64,000 nt of DNA from an uncultured delta proteobacterium (GCA_963782055.1 CAWAIF010000003.1:4736001-4800000); one strand, 5' to 3'. Counted from the first letter of the stretch, positions 50,697 through 60,088 are shown. Notes: a model not told the origin generated them from the letters alone. Translations and numbers: made by a program.

Positions 50697-51476
50697 CTAT
50701 TTCCCGGTCCACTTCGGCTGGCGCTTCTCCAGAAACGCCATCAGGCCCTCGCGCGCGTCGTCGGTGCCGAGGCACTCGCCGAGCTTCTCGCGCAGCACGG
50801 GCAGCGACTGCTCCAGCGGCTCGCCGTCCTGCGCGGCGAAGGCGCGGAGCCCGAGGCGCATGGCGACGGGCGCGCGCCCGGCGAGATCCTCGCAGAGTGC
50901 GTCCACCTCCCCGTCCAGCGCCGCGGCGTCGACGGCGCGGTTGACCAGCCCCACCTCGGCGGCGCGCGCGGCCGGGAGCTTCTGCCCGCGCAGCATCATG
51001 TCCAGCAGCGCACGCCGCGGCATCACGCGCGCCAGCACCGCCATGATCATGAAGGGGAAGAGGCCGACGTCGATCTCCGGCGTGCCCAGCTTCGCCTCCG
51101 CCGCGGCGATCGCGAGGTGGCTCGCGGCGACGAGGCCGAGGCCGCCGCCCATGGCGTGCCCGTTGACGCGCGCGACGATGGGCTTCTCGAAGCGCGTCAT
51201 CGCGAGCAGGAGGTCGGCGTAGTCGCCCTTGAACGGCAGCGTGTCGCCGTCCGACCCCTGCCCGGTCATCTGCTGGAAGTCCCCGCCCGCGCAGAAGGCC
51301 TTGCCCTCGCCGGTGAGCAGCACCACGCGCACCGCCTCGTCCTTCGCGGCCTCCTCCAGCGCGTGGAGCAGCTCGTTGACCATCACCGGGCCGATGGCGT
51401 TGCGCCGCTCCGGGTTGAAGAGCGTCACGCGGAAGACGGCCCCCGCCCGCTCCGTCCTGATCTTGGAGAAGCCCAT
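50697..51476 (-). CDS. Enoyl-CoA hydratase/isomerase family protein
   Basis: FCAGGD, VNGHAMGGGLGL, GTPEIDVG, DAREGLMAFLEKRQP. Confidence 0.92.
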   Translation of the reverse strand: MGFSKIRTERAGAVFRVTLFNPERRNAIGPVMVNELLHALEEAAKDEAVRVVLLTGEGKAFCAGGDFQQMTGQGSDGDTLPFKGDYADLLLAMTRFEKPIVARVNGHAMGGGLGLVAASHLAIAAAEAKLGTPEIDVGLFPFMIMAVLARVMPRRALLDMMLRGQKLPAARAAEVGLVNRAVDAAALDGEVDALCEDLAGRAPVAMRLGLRAFAAQDGEPLEQSLPVLREKLGECLGTDDAREGLMAFLEKRQPKWTGK

Positions 51477-52375
51477 CACGCCTTCTGCGGCTTGAACTGG
51501 TCCAGGCCGAGGATCTGCCGCGCCTCGTCCACCGTCGCCGGCTTGCGCCCGGTGTCGCGCACCATGCGGGCGGCGACCTCCACCAGCTCGCCGTTGGACT
51601 TCGCCATCTCCCCGCCCGGCAGGTAGAAGTTGTCCTCCAGCCCGACGCGCACGTTGCCGCCGAGCACCAGCGCCGTCGCCAGCATCCGCCACTGGCACTT
51701 GGAGATGCCGATGACCTCCCACTCGCTGCCCGGCGCGAGATCGAGGGCGATCTGCTTCTGGAGCTGAAGGCTCTCCACCGTCGGCGGGATGCCGCCCAGC
51801 ACGTTGACGATGAACGAGAACTGCAGCGGCTTGTGGAGCACGCCCATGTCGAGCAGCGGCCAGATGCCGTGCGTGTGCCCGGTGTCGAAGCACTCCAGCT
51901 CCGGCTTCACGCCGCTCTCGTTCATGGCGGAGAGGAGCTTGATGATCTTGGAGTAGGTGTTCGGAAACACCATGTCGAAGGCGAAGGACTTACGCTTCGC
52001 CGAGTACTTCGAGTAGTTCATCGTGCCCATGTTGAGGGCGGCGATGGCGGGCCGGCTCTCGCGCACGTAGGTGCACTGCTCGGTCACGTCGTCCAGGATG
52101 GTGCCCGTCGAGAAGTTGAGGATGATCGGGCAGCGCTTCTGGATCTCCTCCTTGATCTTGGCGAAGGTCGCCGGGCTGAAGGTGGGCGAGCCGTCGTCGT
52201 TGCGCGCGTGGATGTGCACCACGGCGGCGCCGGCGTCGTAGGCGCGCTTCGCCTCGTCGGCGATCTCCGCGGGGGTGTAGGGGATGTGCGCGCACTGCTG
52301 CCGGTTGGCGAGCACGCCGCTGAGGGCGCACGTCACGACGCACAGGTCCGGATCTCTCTCGAAGGCCATGGTCAC
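51476..52375 (-). CDS. Beta-keto acid cleavage enzyme (BKACE/Kce, DUF849)
   Basis: TCALSG, PYTPAEIA, VHIHAR, PELECFD, VRVGLEDN, SNGELV. Confidence 0.92.
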   Translation of the reverse strand: MTMAFERDPDLCVVTCALSGVLANRQQCAHIPYTPAEIADEAKRAYDAGAAVVHIHARNDDGSPTFSPATFAKIKEEIQKRCPIILNFSTGTILDDVTEQCTYVRESRPAIAALNMGTMNYSKYSAKRKSFAFDMVFPNTYSKIIKLLSAMNESGVKPELECFDTGHTHGIWPLLDMGVLHKPLQFSFIVNVLGGIPPTVESLQLQKQIALDLAPGSEWEVIGISKCQWRMLATALVLGGNVRVGLEDNFYLPGGEMAKSNGELVEVAARMVRDTGRKPATVDEARQILGLDQFKPQKA

Positions 52376-52848
52376 TCCTTGCCGGGTTGGGGCGCGGCCA
52401 CGAGCTGGCGCACGCGCTTGGAGAGCTTGGTGGAGATCTTGAGCAGCTCCCGCGTCTCCTGCGCGGAGAGGCCGAGCAGCGCCTGGCGGAAGACCTCCAT
52501 CGGCTCGACGGGGATCTCGCGGGCGAGCTGGGCGCCCTTGGGGGTGAGCTTGATGTGCACGACGCGCCTGTCGGTGGTGGAGCGCGCGCGCAGGACCAGC
52601 CCCTCGCGCTCCATGCGATCGATGATCCCGGTCACGGTGCTGTTCTGCGCACGGATGCGCTCGGAGAGCTCGGTGAGGGAGAGGTCGCCGATCTGCTCGA
52701 GCATCTTGATCACCGTGAGCTGCGGGCCGGTGAGGTTCGCCCGGCGGGCGAACTCCTTCGTGACGCGGCGACCCTCCGTGTAGAGGTAGATGATCGCCTC
52801 GAGGATCTGGTCGACGTCCTGCTTGAGATCGGGGCTGAGGGGGGTCAC
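52372..52848 (-). CDS. MarR family transcriptional regulator
   Basis: LTGPQL, STVTGIIDRMEREGLV, DRRVVHIKLT. Confidence 0.92.
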   Translation of the reverse strand: MTPLSPDLKQDVDQILEAIIYLYTEGRRVTKEFARRANLTGPQLTVIKMLEQIGDLSLTELSERIRAQNSTVTGIIDRMEREGLVLRARSTTDRRVVHIKLTPKGAQLAREIPVEPMEVFRQALLGLSAQETRELLKISTKLSKRVRQLVAAPQPGKE

Positions 52849-52922
52849 GAGAGGGGCCTCCGCGCGCGCTCCGCCCCGGAAACTGGAGCCCGTCGGGGCT
52901 GCATTCTTCCGAGGTTCGGAAT

Positions 52923-52952
52923 TTTAGCGTGCGAAAGAATTGTACGCGAAAG
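52923..52952. promoter_or_regulatory. Candidate MarR operator/promoter: tandem GCGTGCGAAAG / GTACGCGAAAG
   Basis: AT-rich direct repeat upstream of marR; contains TACAAT and TAAAAT on the minus strand. Confidence 0.45.
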
Positions 52953-52994
52953 GCCCCGCGTCAACCGAGAAGCGTCGACCGCGCGAGGCGCGGC

Positions 52995-53642
52995 CTAGAG
53001 GCAGGCGCCGACCAGCTTCTTGGTGGAGGTGCCGACGGTGACCTCGACGGTCGTGCAGTGCCGCGACTTGTCGGTGCAGTCGTTGTCGGTCGAGCAGAGC
53101 TCCAGGCCCTTCGTGCATGTCGCCGCGCACTGGGCGCCGCCCATCGTGACCGTCGTCGTCTTCGGACACCCGGCGGAGCTGGGGGGCGGCAGCCCGGCGC
53201 AGCACGCCGCGCCGCTGCATTGCGACGGGTTGTCGCAGTCCCAGCGATACTGATTCGGTCCGGCGCACGTCGTGCTGGCGGTGCAGCCGCTGCCGCTGAC
53301 CGACTGGCAGCAGGAGGGCATCTGGCTGCCGAGGGTGCAAGCGCTCGGAGGGCAGTCCATCGTGGTGCCGTTGGAGCCGCTCCCGGTGAACGGGCACGGG
53401 GGCGGCAATCCGTCCGGGCCACCGTCCACGGCGGGCGAACCTGAGTCGTTGCCGGCATCCACGCGGACGCAGACGCTGGACAGGCACGTCAGACCGGCGT
53501 TGCACGTACCGTTGGAGAAGCACGGCTGCCCCTCGTCGCCGGGGTTGCTGGTGGTGGTGGGCGTGTCGCCGACGCACGCCGCGACGCACACCATCCCGAT
53601 CGCCGTCATCCCCAAGAGCACTGCCAAGCTCGATGCGCGCAT
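52995..53642 (-). CDS. Cys-rich lipoprotein
   Basis: Lipobox VAAC-VGD; many Cys; DAG/DGG linker. Confidence 0.72.
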   Translation of the reverse strand: MRASSLAVLLGMTAIGMVCVAACVGDTPTTTSNPGDEGQPCFSNGTCNAGLTCLSSVCVRVDAGNDSGSPAVDGGPDGLPPPCPFTGSGSNGTTMDCPPSACTLGSQMPSCCQSVSGSGCTASTTCAGPNQYRWDCDNPSQCSGAACCAGLPPPSSAGCPKTTTVTMGGAQCAATCTKGLELCSTDNDCTDKSRHCTTVEVTVGTSTKKLVGACL

Positions 53643-53772
53643 CGCCGCTCCTTTCGACAAGCCCCCAAGGTATCACCGTTGCTCCCTGTCGCGCGTGGCA
53701 CCCGCATCCGCCTTCCGTTAGACTGCGCGACAGCTTGCCCTCACTCTTTTCGCCGCAACTCCAGGAGCCACC

Positions 53773-54195
53773 ATGCGTCTTTCCTTGCTCATCGCTCTCA
53801 CGCTTCTCGCGGCCGCCGGCTGCGGAGGGCAGGTCGCCGGCCCCATCGACGCCGGCGCGGGCGACGGGCAGGCGGCGGACGCGACGAGCGACGTGAAGGT
53901 GGACGCCCCGCCGGCGGTCGACTGCACCAAGCTCGCGGCGGACATCGGCGACCTGGAGGAGCAGGCGCGCACCTGCTGCGCCTTCTGCAACTCCGTGCAG
54001 TGCTCGCACGTCGTGGACGGCCTCTGCTGCCCGGTCAGCATCACCTCCGACCAGGCGCCGGCCCTGGCGGCCGCGCTGGCGAAGTTCAAGGCGGCGGGCT
54101 GCGTCGCCGGATGCCCGGCCGTCCTGTGCCCCACGGCGCCGTCCAACGTGTGCGGTCCGGGGAAGGACCCGAACGGCGCCGGCCGCTGCCAGTAG
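53773..54195 (+). CDS. Small Cys-rich lipoprotein
   Basis: AGGAG RBS; lipobox AAGC-GG; DAG linker; Cys-rich C-terminus. Confidence 0.75.
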   Translation: MRLSLLIALTLLAAAGCGGQVAGPIDAGAGDGQAADATSDVKVDAPPAVDCTKLAADIGDLEEQARTCCAFCNSVQCSHVVDGLCCPVSITSDQAPALAAALAKFKAAGCVAGCPAVLCPTAPSNVCGPGKDPNGAGRCQ

Positions 54196-54228
54196 CGGCC
54201 CGCCCGGTCGCCAGCGTGCGCGCGAGGG

Positions 54229-54879
54229 TCAGCCGCGGGCGTGCAGGCCGGTCACCGCCCACGCGCCGACGGCGGCGTAGGGAGCGACGAGCGACGAGCG
54301 CGGTCCGATCGTCACCACCCCGCCGTTGGCCGGGTTGTCCAGCGCCTCGAACTCCTCCACCGTCAGGTGAAGGAAGCGCATGACGAAGCAGCGCAGCGCC
54401 ATGCCGTGCGTGACGATGAGCACGCGCGCGGAGTCCTTGCGCTCCACCTGCCGCATCATGCTCTCCAGGAAGCCGGACACGCGGTCGTAGCAGTCCGCCG
54501 GGCTCTCACCGCCCTGGTAGCGGTAGTAGAACCAGCCGTGCGTCTCGCGCAGCGGCTCCTGCTCCTTCACGTCGGAGTAGCCGTGGTCCTGCTCGCGCAG
54601 GCGCGGGTCTTCGTAGACGCCGAGGCACTCCGAGCCGGCGCAGCCGGCGCCCTCCAGCAGGCCGTGGAGTGTCTGGCGCGTGCGCACGTACGGGGACGTG
54701 TAGACCAGGGCGCCGCGCAGGAAGTCCGCGCCGATCTCCCCGCCGGCGCGCCGCGCCTGCTGCTCGCCCAGCGGCGTCAGCAGCGCGCGGAAATCCCCCG
54801 CCTTCTGCGGGTCGAACTCCTGCACGTTGGCAGCGGACTGCCCGTGGCGGACGAGCTTGATGAGGAGGTCGCGCGGCAT
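54229..54879 (-). CDS. Histidine phosphatase (phosphoglycerate mutase family)
   Basis: VRHGQS, TSPYVRTRQT, GGESP, VTHG. Confidence 0.9.
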   Translation of the reverse strand: MPRDLLIKLVRHGQSAANVQEFDPQKAGDFRALLTPLGEQQARRAGGEIGADFLRGALVYTSPYVRTRQTLHGLLEGAGCAGSECLGVYEDPRLREQDHGYSDVKEQEPLRETHGWFYYRYQGGESPADCYDRVSGFLESMMRQVERKDSARVLIVTHGMALRCFVMRFLHLTVEEFEALDNPANGGVVTIGPRSSLVAPYAAVGAWAVTGLHARG

Positions 54880-54983
54880 CGCCTGTAGGTACATGGCCCA
54901 CCCGGCGCCGTCCGCCCGGCGGGTCGGGGGCGGTTGTAGCGCATCCGTCAGAGCTTTCACCCGGCTCGTGCGTACAAGCCCCC

Positions 54984-57044
54984 ATGCGCCGATCCGCCTT
55001 CACTCGGAGCCTCCTCCTGCTGGGGATCTCCAGCGCCGCCTGCTGGGCGTGCCACCGCCACGTCCCCGCGCCGCCCCCGCCGGATCCCGCGCCCGTGGTC
55101 GAAGCGCCGCCCGCGTCCCCCGTCGTCCCGCTGGAGCGCGTGGGCTCGCGGCGTGAGGGCGCGAGCGTCGCCCTCGCCAGGCTCGGGGGCAAGCCGGTCG
55201 CCCTGGTCGCCGACGCCGACAGCGGCGCGGTGCGCACCATCGACCTCGACGCGCGGCGAGAGGTGGGCTCGATCGACCTGCTCGGCCGTCCCGGTCAGAT
55301 CCTGGTGACGAGGCAAGGCAAGGTGGCGGTCGCGCTGCGGGACGACGGCGCCGTCGCCCTGCTCGACGCCCACGCCGACGGCTCGCTCAGCTTCGCCACG
55401 CGCCATCCCACCGCGGTCGAGCCCATCGCCCTCGCCCTCTCCCCGGACGACGCTACCCTCTTCGTCGCCTCCGGCTGGGGTCACACGCTGCAGTCCTTCG
55501 ACCTCGCCACGTGGAAGGAGACACGCCACCTGTCGATCGCGCGCGAGCCGCGCGCGGTGCTCGTCGCGCCCGACGGCAAGCACGCCTTCGTCGCGCACTC
55601 GTCGGTAGGCAAGCTGGACGTCATCGATCTCGCCGCCCCCGACGGCAAGCTCGCCGCCGTCGACCTGGGCGTGCCCAGCTTCACGCGTCCCGGCTCGCGC
55701 AGCCTCATCTTCGACGCGCTCGTCCCTGTGGACAACGAGGCCGGTCCCCCCATCGACGATCCCCCCATGCCGTTCCGCTGCGGCTTCGCGCGCCACCGTT
55801 TCGTCACGGTGCCGCCGCGGTTCGCGCGTCAGGGCTACGCGCTCGTCTCCTTCGCCGTGCCGGACCGGAAGGGCGGGGCCTCGCACGACGTCGTCCTCGC
55901 CCCCCACACCGAGGTGATGACCGGCGATCCGCTGGCCATCTCCAGCGGCTACGGCGGCGGCGGCATCGAGGACTTCGAGCAGGGCCTGCGCGCGGAGGTC
56001 TTCGGCATCTCCACGGTGGACGGGCGGAGCGGGACGAAGACCGTGTTCACGAGGGCGGGCGACTCCGCGACGCAGGACGGCTGCCACCTGCCGCGTGGCG
56101 CCGCCGTGGACGCGGCCGGCAAGCGTCTGCTGGTGGCCTGCCTCGGCAGCAACGCGCTGATGTCCTTCGACGTGAGCAAGGGCAAGGTCGGCCGCAAGGC
56201 GCTCGCGAGGGTGCCTGTCGCCGCGGGGCCGACGGGCGTGGCGGTGGACGAGACCGGAGGGCGCGCCGTCGTCTTCTCGCAGTTCGACGCCACCCTCTCC
56301 GTCGTCCCGCTCGCCACCCTGGCCGCGCCCGCCACCAAGGAGGCTCCCCCACCGGCGCCCCTCTTCACCGTGAAGCTGGAGCGTCCCTCCCGTCTCTCCG
56401 AGAAGGCCGCGCTCGGCCGCAAGCTCTTCCACTCCGGCGGCGACGCGCGCATCGCGAAGGACGGGCGCGCGTGCGCGAGCTGCCACCCCGGCGGCCGCGA
56501 CGACGGCCTCGTCTGGTCCACGCCCAACGGCCCCCGCCAGACGATCATGCTCGCCGGACGCGAGGCCCGCCCCGCGCCCTTCGGGTGGATGGGCAAGCAC
56601 GGCACGCTGCAGATCCACATGGCCGCCACGATGAAGAACCTGAAGGGCACCGGCCTGCCGGCGAGCGACGCGGACGCCCTCGCCGCCTACATCCAGACGA
56701 TGAAGGGCCCGCCGCACCCGGTGCGCACACTCACGAAGGAGGAGGAGCACGGCAAGGACGTGTTCGAGTCGCCCAGCACCGGCTGCTCCACCTGCCACGC
56801 CGGGTCGAGCGGCTTCTCCGACCACGACGTGCACAATGTGCATAGTGCAACCATCGCCGACACCCAGAGCGAGTTCCTCGCGCCCTCTCTCATCGGCGTC
56901 GGGGGCTCCGCCCCGTACTTCCACGACGGCCGCTACGCCACCCTGGACGACCTGATCGCCAAGAGCGACGGCAAGATGGGGACGACGAGCACGCTGAGCC
57001 CCATGGACCGCCGCGCCCTCGCGGCCTACCTGGCGACCCTGTAG
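54984..57044 (+). CDS. YVTN-type beta-propeller fused to a diheme cytochrome c peroxidase/MauG-like domain
   Basis: Propeller repeats; LGRKLFH, CASCH, GPRQT, CSTCH, PSLIGV, APYFHDG. Confidence 0.85.
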   Translation: MRRSAFTRSLLLLGISSAACWACHRHVPAPPPPDPAPVVEAPPASPVVPLERVGSRREGASVALARLGGKPVALVADADSGAVRTIDLDARREVGSIDLLGRPGQILVTRQGKVAVALRDDGAVALLDAHADGSLSFATRHPTAVEPIALALSPDDATLFVASGWGHTLQSFDLATWKETRHLSIAREPRAVLVAPDGKHAFVAHSSVGKLDVIDLAAPDGKLAAVDLGVPSFTRPGSRSLIFDALVPVDNEAGPPIDDPPMPFRCGFARHRFVTVPPRFARQGYALVSFAVPDRKGGASHDVVLAPHTEVMTGDPLAISSGYGGGGIEDFEQGLRAEVFGISTVDGRSGTKTVFTRAGDSATQDGCHLPRGAAVDAAGKRLLVACLGSNALMSFDVSKGKVGRKALARVPVAAGPTGVAVDETGGRAVVFSQFDATLSVVPLATLAAPATKEAPPPAPLFTVKLERPSRLSEKAALGRKLFHSGGDARIAKDGRACASCHPGGRDDGLVWSTPNGPRQTIMLAGREARPAPFGWMGKHGTLQIHMAATMKNLKGTGLPASDADALAAYIQTMKGPPHPVRTLTKEEEHGKDVFESPSTGCSTCHAGSSGFSDHDVHNVHSATIADTQSEFLAPSLIGVGGSAPYFHDGRYATLDDLIAKSDGKMGTTSTLSPMDRRALAAYLATL

Positions 57045-57065
57045 TCCCGCGGAATTCCTGCCAAA

Positions 57066-57167
57066 CGTCGGACTGCTAGCACGCTCGCAATCCGGCGCGT
57101 GCCCGCTGCCGCGGCGTCCGGGCCGGGCCCCCACCCCGCGGATTGCGAGCGTGCTAGCGGTCCGGCG
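57066..57167. repeat. Long inverted repeat (29-bp arms, 44-nt spacer)
   Basis: Perfect 20-bp core GCTAGCACGCTCGCAATCCG (57075-57094) and CGGATTGCGAGCGTGCTAGC (57139-57158), extended by two T.G pairs. Confidence 0.85.
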
Positions 57168-57261
57168 GAAGGGGGGCAGCTGGGGGGTGAGCAAGGGGAG
57201 ACGCTCCGCCGGCCGGGAGGTTGCGTGGACCCCGTCGCCGTGCTTCCCTTCCGGCCCCCCG

Positions 57262-57840
57262 ATGGACCACGAGTTCCAGATCCCCCTGACCGAGCTGGAC
57301 GCCGGCGGGCGTGATTACGCCTTCGCCATCGGCCCCGCCTGGCTCCACGCCGCCCTGGAGGGGACCGAGGCCTCCCCCGGCAAGTCCGCCGGCGAGGTGT
57401 CCGTCCGCCTCTCCAAGAGCGGTAACGACGTGGCCGTCCACGGAAAGCTCCACGTCGAGGTGACGGTCCACTGTGCCCGCTGCACCAAGCCCTTCCTTCT
57501 GCCCATGGAGGTCCCCCTGGCCGTGCTGATGGTGCCCGCCGCCACCGCCCGGACCCCAACCGGCGAGGAGGACCTGACCCCCCAGGACGCCGACGTCATC
57601 CCCTACGAGGGGGATCACGTCGTCCTGGACGATCTGGTCCGCGACGAGATCTTGCTCGCCGTCCCCATGATCCCCTTGTGCTCGGAAGATTGCCCGGGTA
57701 TTCACCCGGCTCCCACGGAGGAGCCCGCGCCGGAACGCATCGATCCGCGGCTCGCGCCCCTCCTGGCGCTCAAGGCCCAGGCCGGAGACACGCCGCCCCA
57801 TCCGGGCGAGCAGGCGACGAAGAAGAGGAAGAAGGAGTAG
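57262..57840 (+). CDS. yceD: YceD/DUF177 family protein
   Basis: CARC...[23 protein letters not shown]...IDPRLAPL; directly before rpmF. Confidence 0.9.
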   Translation: MDHEFQIPLTELDAGGRDYAFAIGPAWLHAALEGTEASPGKSAGEVSVRLSKSGNDVAVHGKLHVEVTVHCARCTKPFLLPMEVPLAVLMVPAATARTPTGEEDLTPQDADVIPYEGDHVVLDDLVRDEILLAVPMIPLCSEDCPGIHPAPTEEPAPERIDPRLAPLLALKAQAGDTPPHPGEQATKKRKKE

Positions 57841-57844
57841 CGCC

Positions 57845-58033
57845 GTGGCAGTCCCCAAGCGACGAACCAGCCGATCCAAGCGCAACATGCGCCGCGCCAA
57901 CCACGACAAGGTGACCGCCCCGCAGCTCATCGCGTGCGCGCACTGCGGCGAGCCCAGCGTGCCCCACCGGGCGTGCGCCTCGTGCGGTTTCTACAAGGGC
58001 AAGAAGGTTCGCGCCGGCTCCGCCAAGGAATAG
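57845..58033 (+). CDS. rpmF: 50S ribosomal protein L32 (zinc-binding form)
   Basis: [22 protein letters not shown]...[12 protein letters not shown]. Confidence 0.97.
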   Translation: MAVPKRRTSRSKRNMRRANHDKVTAPQLIACAHCGEPSVPHRACASCGFYKGKKVRAGSAKE

Positions 58034-58052
58034 GCGCTACCCTTCGCATACC

Positions 58053-59054
58053 GTGCCCACCACCGTCATCCCGAAGAGCCGCGTCCTAGGCACCGGCCGC
58101 TACCTGCCGCCCCTCGTCCGCACGAACTTCGACCTCGAGAAGATGGTGGAGACGTCGGACACGTGGATCCGGGAACGTACCGGCATCCGCGAGCGCCGCA
58201 TCGCGCCGGAGGGCATGGTCACCAGCGACATGGCGACCGGCGCGGCCAAGGCCGCGCTGGAAGCGGCCGGCCTCGAGGCCAAGGACCTGGACCTCATCAT
58301 CGTGGGCACCGTCACGCCGGACATGCCCATGCCGGCGACCGCGGTCTTCGTGCAGCAGAAGCTCGGCGCGCGGCCGACGTGCCCCTCCTTCGACCTGTCC
58401 GCCGCGTGCGCTGGCTTCATCTACGGCATGACGATCGCCGACCAGTTCGTGCGCTCCGGCGCGGCCAAGCACGTGCTGGTGGTCGGCGTGGAGCTGCTCT
58501 CGCGCGTCATCGACTGGAGCGATCGCACCACGTGCGTCCTCTTCGGCGACGGCGCCGGCGCCGTCGTCATCGGCCCGGCGGAGGGCGACGACCGCGGCAT
58601 CCTCGCCACGCAGATCTTCAGCGACGGCTCGCTCGCCGAGTCGCTCATGATCCCCGGCGGCGGCAGCCGGGAGCCCGCCTCGAGCGACGTGCTCGCCCAG
58701 ACGCGCCACAAGGTGAAGATGCGCGGCCAGGACATCTTCAGGGCCGCCGTGCGAAACCTGTACTCGGCGAGCCAGGGCTGCGTCGACTCCGTCGGCCTGA
58801 AGAACGAAGAGGTCGACTGGGTGGTGCCGCACCAGGCCAACCTGCGCATCATCGATCAGGTGACCGCCCGCGCGAGCTACCCCAAGAGCAAGGTGCTCAC
58901 CAACATCGAGCACGTCGGCAACACCTCCAGCGCATCCATCCCCATCCTGCTCGACGAGAGCGTGCGCGAGGGCAAGATCAAGAAGGGCCACGTCGTGCTG
59001 ATGTGCGCGCTCGGCGCCGGGATCTCCTGGGGCGCCGCCCTCGTCCGGATGTGA
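58053..59054 (+). CDS. fabH: Beta-ketoacyl-ACP synthase III
   Basis: AACAGF, FGDGAGA, PHQANLRI, GNTSSAS. Confidence 0.96.
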   Translation: MPTTVIPKSRVLGTGRYLPPLVRTNFDLEKMVETSDTWIRERTGIRERRIAPEGMVTSDMATGAAKAALEAAGLEAKDLDLIIVGTVTPDMPMPATAVFVQQKLGARPTCPSFDLSAACAGFIYGMTIADQFVRSGAAKHVLVVGVELLSRVIDWSDRTTCVLFGDGAGAVVIGPAEGDDRGILATQIFSDGSLAESLMIPGGGSREPASSDVLAQTRHKVKMRGQDIFRAAVRNLYSASQGCVDSVGLKNEEVDWVVPHQANLRIIDQVTARASYPKSKVLTNIEHVGNTSSASIPILLDESVREGKIKKGHVVLMCALGAGISWGAALVRM

Positions 59055-59101
59055 TCGGGTAGGGTTGCGGCCGGGCCCGCACCAAAGTAAACGCGCGCGA
59101 C

Positions 59102-60052
59102 ATGAGCATCGCGTGGGTCTTTCCGGGTCAGGGCGCCCAGGCCGTCGGCATGGGCAAGGACGTGATCGCCGCCTCCGCCGCCGCACGTGACGTGCTGGCG
59201 CGCGCCGACGCCGCGCTGGCCGAGCCGCTCTCGCGCCTCATCGCCGAGGGGCCGGAGGACCAGCTCACCCTCACGGCCAACGCCCAGCCGGCGATCGTGA
59301 CGACGAGCTGCGCGGTGCTCGCCGCCATCCGCGAGCGCGTACCCGACCTGCGGCCGCCCGCCTTCGCCGCCGGCCACTCCCTGGGCGAGTACTCCGCGCT
59401 GGTCGCCGCCGGCGCGCTCTCCCTGGAGGACGCCGTACGCCTGGTGCGCGCGCGCGGCCGCGCCATGCAGGACGCCGTGCCTCCCGGCGCCGGCGCCATG
59501 AGCGCGGTGATGGGCCTCGACCCCGAGAAGGTCGATGCACTCTGCAAGCAAGCCGCGCAGGGCGAGGTGGTGAGCGCGGCCAACTTCAACGCGCCGGGGC
59601 AGGTGGTCATCGCCGGTCAGGCCAGCGCCGTCGCCCGCGCGGCGGAGCTGATGGCCGCGGCGAAGGGCAAGGTCATCCCCCTCAAGGTGAGCGCCCCCTT
59701 TCACTGCGCGATGATGGCCCCCGCCGCGCGCGCGCTGCTGGCGGAGCTGGAGCGCGTCACCGTCGCGCCCCTCGCCTTCCCCATCGTCGCCAACGTCGAC
59801 GCGCGCCCCAACCAGGACGCGTCGCGCGTCAAGGACCTGCTCGTCCGCCAGGTGGATGGCGCGGTGCGCTGGGAGGAGTCGGTGCGCCTCATGCAGCGCG
59901 AGGGCGTGACGCATGCGCTGGAGATCGGTCCGGGGAAGGTGCTCGCCGGGCTGATCCGCCGCACGGCGAAGGAGATCAAGGTGCTCAGCGTGGGCGACGC
60001 CGCCGCCCTCGACCAGGTGGCCGCCTTCGTCGCGGAGGCGTCCGGCGCCTGA
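59102..60052 (+). CDS. fabD: Malonyl-CoA:ACP transacylase
   Basis: FPGQGAQ, GHSLGEYSA, VSAPFH, EIGPGKVL. Confidence 0.96.
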   Translation: MSIAWVFPGQGAQAVGMGKDVIAASAAARDVLARADAALAEPLSRLIAEGPEDQLTLTANAQPAIVTTSCAVLAAIRERVPDLRPPAFAAGHSLGEYSALVAAGALSLEDAVRLVRARGRAMQDAVPPGAGAMSAVMGLDPEKVDALCKQAAQGEVVSAANFNAPGQVVIAGQASAVARAAELMAAAKGKVIPLKVSAPFHCAMMAPAARALLAELERVTVAPLAFPIVANVDARPNQDASRVKDLLVRQVDGAVRWEESVRLMQREGVTHALEIGPGKVLAGLIRRTAKEIKVLSVGDAAALDQVAAFVAEASGA

Positions 60053-60060
60053 GCAAATCG

Positions 60061-60088
60061 GCAGGGCCCCGCCCCACGCGGGCCCTGC
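60061..60088 (+). terminator. Hairpin after fabD
   Basis: GCAGGGCCC/GGGCCCTGC arms; no U-tract. Confidence 0.4.
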
